Virus record (IMG/VR): IMGVR_UViG_3300010391_000058
Span: 19,490 to 83,489 of that record
From: a virus
DNA length: 64,000 bases
Strand: one strand, 5' to 3'
Shown here: one piece after another, positions 61,490 through 64,000 of the stretch
Layout of the letters: each line of letters starts with the position of its first letter
How positions within the stretch are numbered: the stretch's first letter is position 1
The notes under the pieces: generated by a model
Told to the model about the DNA's origin: nothing
Seen by the model: the letters and a program-made list of their open reading frames with translations, nothing else
Databases searched by the model: none
Program-made: the position numbers and the translations under genes

Positions 61490-62959
61490 ATGAGCAAACA
61501 GTTAAACGGTGTAAAAGATTATTTCCAGCCTACATTGAGGCCTGTAACTATTCAGCAACCTGCAAATGAAGCAAAGAACCAGGCTGCTGTATTCCGTATA
61601 TCCCCGGTACAGTTTGAAAGAATCAGGCAGGACATGCAATCATGGCGGGAGGCATGCACTGAAGCAGAAAATGCTTGGTACCCTCATCGGATTAGGATGC
61701 AGCGGATGTATCTCGATACGAATTTGAATGAACATATTGATGCTTGTGTAGTGAGAAGGAAAAATTTAACAACGCTAAGGAAGTTTAAGATCTGTGATGA
61801 AAAGGGTAATGTAGATGAAGAGGCAACCAAAATATTTAAAGCTACTTGGTTCAGAAACTTTCAGTCGTATGCCATTGATGCACTACTTTATGGGTATAAT
61901 TTAATCAACCTTGGTGATATCATTAAAGATGCATTCCCGAATATACATTTTGTAAAGAGGCAGAATGTTTCACCTGACAGGCTGGTAGTAACGAATTATG
62001 TTTATTCCCTTTCCGGGCAACCGTTCCTTAATCCTGATTATGATATTGATGGCAAAAAGCCATTTGATTGGACAGTATATGTAACAACTCCTTCAGAGAC
62101 AGGAGCGGGGCCATGTGGTTATGGTTTGTTTTATAAAATAGCCAAAGCTGAGATCATTTTAAGGAATAACCTTGGTCAGAATGCAGATTACAATGAAGTG
62201 TTTGGGCAGCCGGTACGGAAAGGAACAACAAACAAAACCGGGGTTGAAAGAGATTCTTTTGAAAATGCCCTTCGAACAATGGGATCGAATGCGTACATTC
62301 TTATGGATGAAGGATCTGATACTCTTGAATTGGTGGCGGATAGTGGGAGAGGTTCTGCCCATAAAACATATTCTGATCTTGAAGAGAGGCTGGAGAAGAA
62401 AATCAGTAAAGTTCTTTTGGGCCATGCGGATGGATTGGATAGCACACCTGGTAAGCTTGGTGGTGGCCAGGATGGAGAGGAAAGCCCGGTTGGTAGTGCT
62501 TTAAAAGATACACAAACAAGTGATGCGGAATTCCTTCAGCCTATAATAAATGAGCAGCTAATATCAAAGATGCGGAATCTTGGTTTTATCATTGGTGACG
62601 GGTTACATTTTGAATATATCAACGATGCTGAAAAAGAAGAGTTCAGGGAGAAAGAAGATAAAAGCAATAAAGCCACGGCAGATCTGATGAAAGCCATTAA
62701 AGATGCTGGTGGGGAGCCTGATTGGAATTATTTTAATGAACGCACAGGCATGCAGGTAGAAAAAGCAGAACCACCTGAACCGGCTGCAATGAAGCTAGGA
62801 CTTAATGGTAACAACGGGGTGCCTCCTTTTATGGTAAAGGGAAAAGAAAAAGAGGAGGAAAAAGAAAAAAAGATTGCAGCTATTCAAAGACAGCTGAACA
62901 AGGCAACCGGGTATAAAAAAGAAAGCCTTCAGAACAGATTGTTATTGCTAAAACAATAA
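61490..62959 (+). CDS. Portal protein (Mu gp29/DUF935-like)
   Basis: EVFGQPVRKG, KISKVLLG; follows the gp36-like gene. Confidence 0.75.
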   Translation: MSKQLNGVKDYFQPTLRPVTIQQPANEAKNQAAVFRISPVQFERIRQDMQSWREACTEAENAWYPHRIRMQRMYLDTNLNEHIDACVVRRKNLTTLRKFKICDEKGNVDEEATKIFKATWFRNFQSYAIDALLYGYNLINLGDIIKDAFPNIHFVKRQNVSPDRLVVTNYVYSLSGQPFLNPDYDIDGKKPFDWTVYVTTPSETGAGPCGYGLFYKIAKAEIILRNNLGQNADYNEVFGQPVRKGTTNKTGVERDSFENALRTMGSNAYILMDEGSDTLELVADSGRGSAHKTYSDLEERLEKKISKVLLGHADGLDSTPGKLGGGQDGEESPVGSALKDTQTSDAEFLQPIINEQLISKMRNLGFIIGDGLHFEYINDAEKEEFREKEDKSNKATADLMKAIKDAGGEPDWNYFNERTGMQVEKAEPPEPAAMKLGLNGNNGVPPFMVKGKEKEEEKEKKIAAIQRQLNKATGYKKESLQNRLLLLKQ

Positions 62960-62969
62960 TTATATAACT

Positions 62970-63485
62970 ATGCTAAAGCCACAATCGTTACCAGCAAAGA
63001 GTATTGAAATACTTTTGGCTCGCCTCAAAAATGAGCAGGAAGCATTTTACTTTTATGTTTCAGCAATGGCATGGTGCCGGTTGAATAGCTATGAGTGCTG
63101 TTCCAGGTATTTCGAAGTAGAATCTTATGGGGAGCAGTGGCATTACAAAAAGATATTAAACTTCCTTGCCGATTGGAATACAGCAGCATATTATTCCCCA
63201 CTGCCTGAGCAAATAAAACCCTTTGTAAGTCTCCAGGATATATTTGAGCAGGCATATAAGCTGGAATTAAAGTTGGGAGAACAATATGAAGATGATGCAA
63301 AGGCGATTTTTCCGATAAGCCAAAACACTTATGCATTCATTCAGACGTTTGTTGAAATTCAAAATGACAGTGTTATTTCATCAAATAACTATTTACAAAA
63401 ACTTTATAAGTATCTTGAAACCGATCCGGGCCTGATGTTATTTGATACGGAAGTTTTCAGCCAATTTAATAACCTAGCATATTGA
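62970..63485 (+). CDS. Ferritin-like four-helix protein
   Basis: NEQEAFYFY.SA.AW...YF..ES.GE..H.KKI..FL pattern of the ferritin helices A/B; KLE and EIQ in helices C/D. Confidence 0.7.
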   Translation: MLKPQSLPAKSIEILLARLKNEQEAFYFYVSAMAWCRLNSYECCSRYFEVESYGEQWHYKKILNFLADWNTAAYYSPLPEQIKPFVSLQDIFEQAYKLELKLGEQYEDDAKAIFPISQNTYAFIQTFVEIQNDSVISSNNYLQKLYKYLETDPGLMLFDTEVFSQFNNLAY

Positions 63486-64000
63486 TTTAATTTATGCAGC
63501 ATATACCAATTTGGGCAGAGAAAGCAGAATTGAACCGGGCCATTCAGAGGCAGATGATTGATACGGAAATGACAACCGTTAAAGCGGCATTGCGTAATCA
63601 TTTAAACAGGGAGCCAGATAATGAAGATGCAAAGCTATGTAGCCAGATTCTTTCTGAGCCCTGGGATGGAACATATCGGTTGTTTTATTCAGGAACGGAA
63701 CTTGGTATTATAAAGCATATCTTGGAACCAGAAAGATTCAGAGTTGAATTCATCCCTATACAAAAACTAAATTGAAACATGAGCAGCAGTTCACAAGAAA
63801 GGAGGGTTGTTTGTTATCCACATCCTAAGTATTTCAACTTATTCAGCGCCTATGTCAATGTGCAAGGGATAACAGAAAGCCAGGCAGGATCAGAGGCAAT
63901 AAAAAAAATGATTGATGCCTTGCCTCCTGAAGTTAAGCGAAGAGTGGAAGAGAAAGCAAGAAACAACTCAAAAAATAGTTATTAATATGTCTGATACTAC

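Noticed and set aside
627-63601. Numerous short minus-strand ORFs in the track
   Set aside because: They are shadows of well-supported + strand genes; only glf and 11521-11739 have independent support.
1-64000. Genome-wide stop-codon reassignment (TGA=Trp or TAG=Gln) suggested by the in-frame stops
   Set aside because: Coding density is already very high under code 11. Many genes end in TGA (ATGA overlaps) or TAG at sensible boundaries, the lesions are of mixed type, and no suppressor tRNA was seen.

Overview
The whole window looks like a tailed dsDNA phage of a Bacteroidota host. Supporting signs are TAnnTTTG-type promoters, AT-rich start regions without Shine-Dalgarno sites, and almost all genes on the + strand. 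Gene order: end of the tail module (a fibre with a metallophosphoesterase domain); an extended lysis/membrane cassette with a GH108-like endolysin; a terminator-rich late/early boundary (~11.3-12.2 kb); a long early/middle region (methyltransferases, PAPS-reductase-like, XRE, ERF, SNF2, DUF1643, DUF5131, replication initiator, HerA-like ATPase, ParB plus glycosyltransferase); a second early cluster under two duplicated promoter cassettes (44-48 kb); a glf/sulfotransferase-like/methyltransferase cluster; then TerS, TerL, a fibre cassette with 14-aa repeats, a gp36-like gene, the portal and a ferritin-like gene. I saw no integrase, tRNA, rRNA or CRISPR array. The most striking signal is a candidate RNA regulon. 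The motif AAACTTCGCA sits on the translation start of 11 early genes (plus one variant). A separate ~65-nt unit at 48721-48786 (own promoter, hairpin, terminator) carries the exact antisense sequence, UGUGCGAAGUU, in its hairpin loop. Other notable items: a structured-RNA cluster at 20.9-21.45 kb, a kissing-loop leader before the replication operon, two neighbouring proteins sharing a C-terminal KINIVAD strand, and several genes with in-frame stops or frameshifts. All product calls come from recognising motifs by eye; no searches were run.
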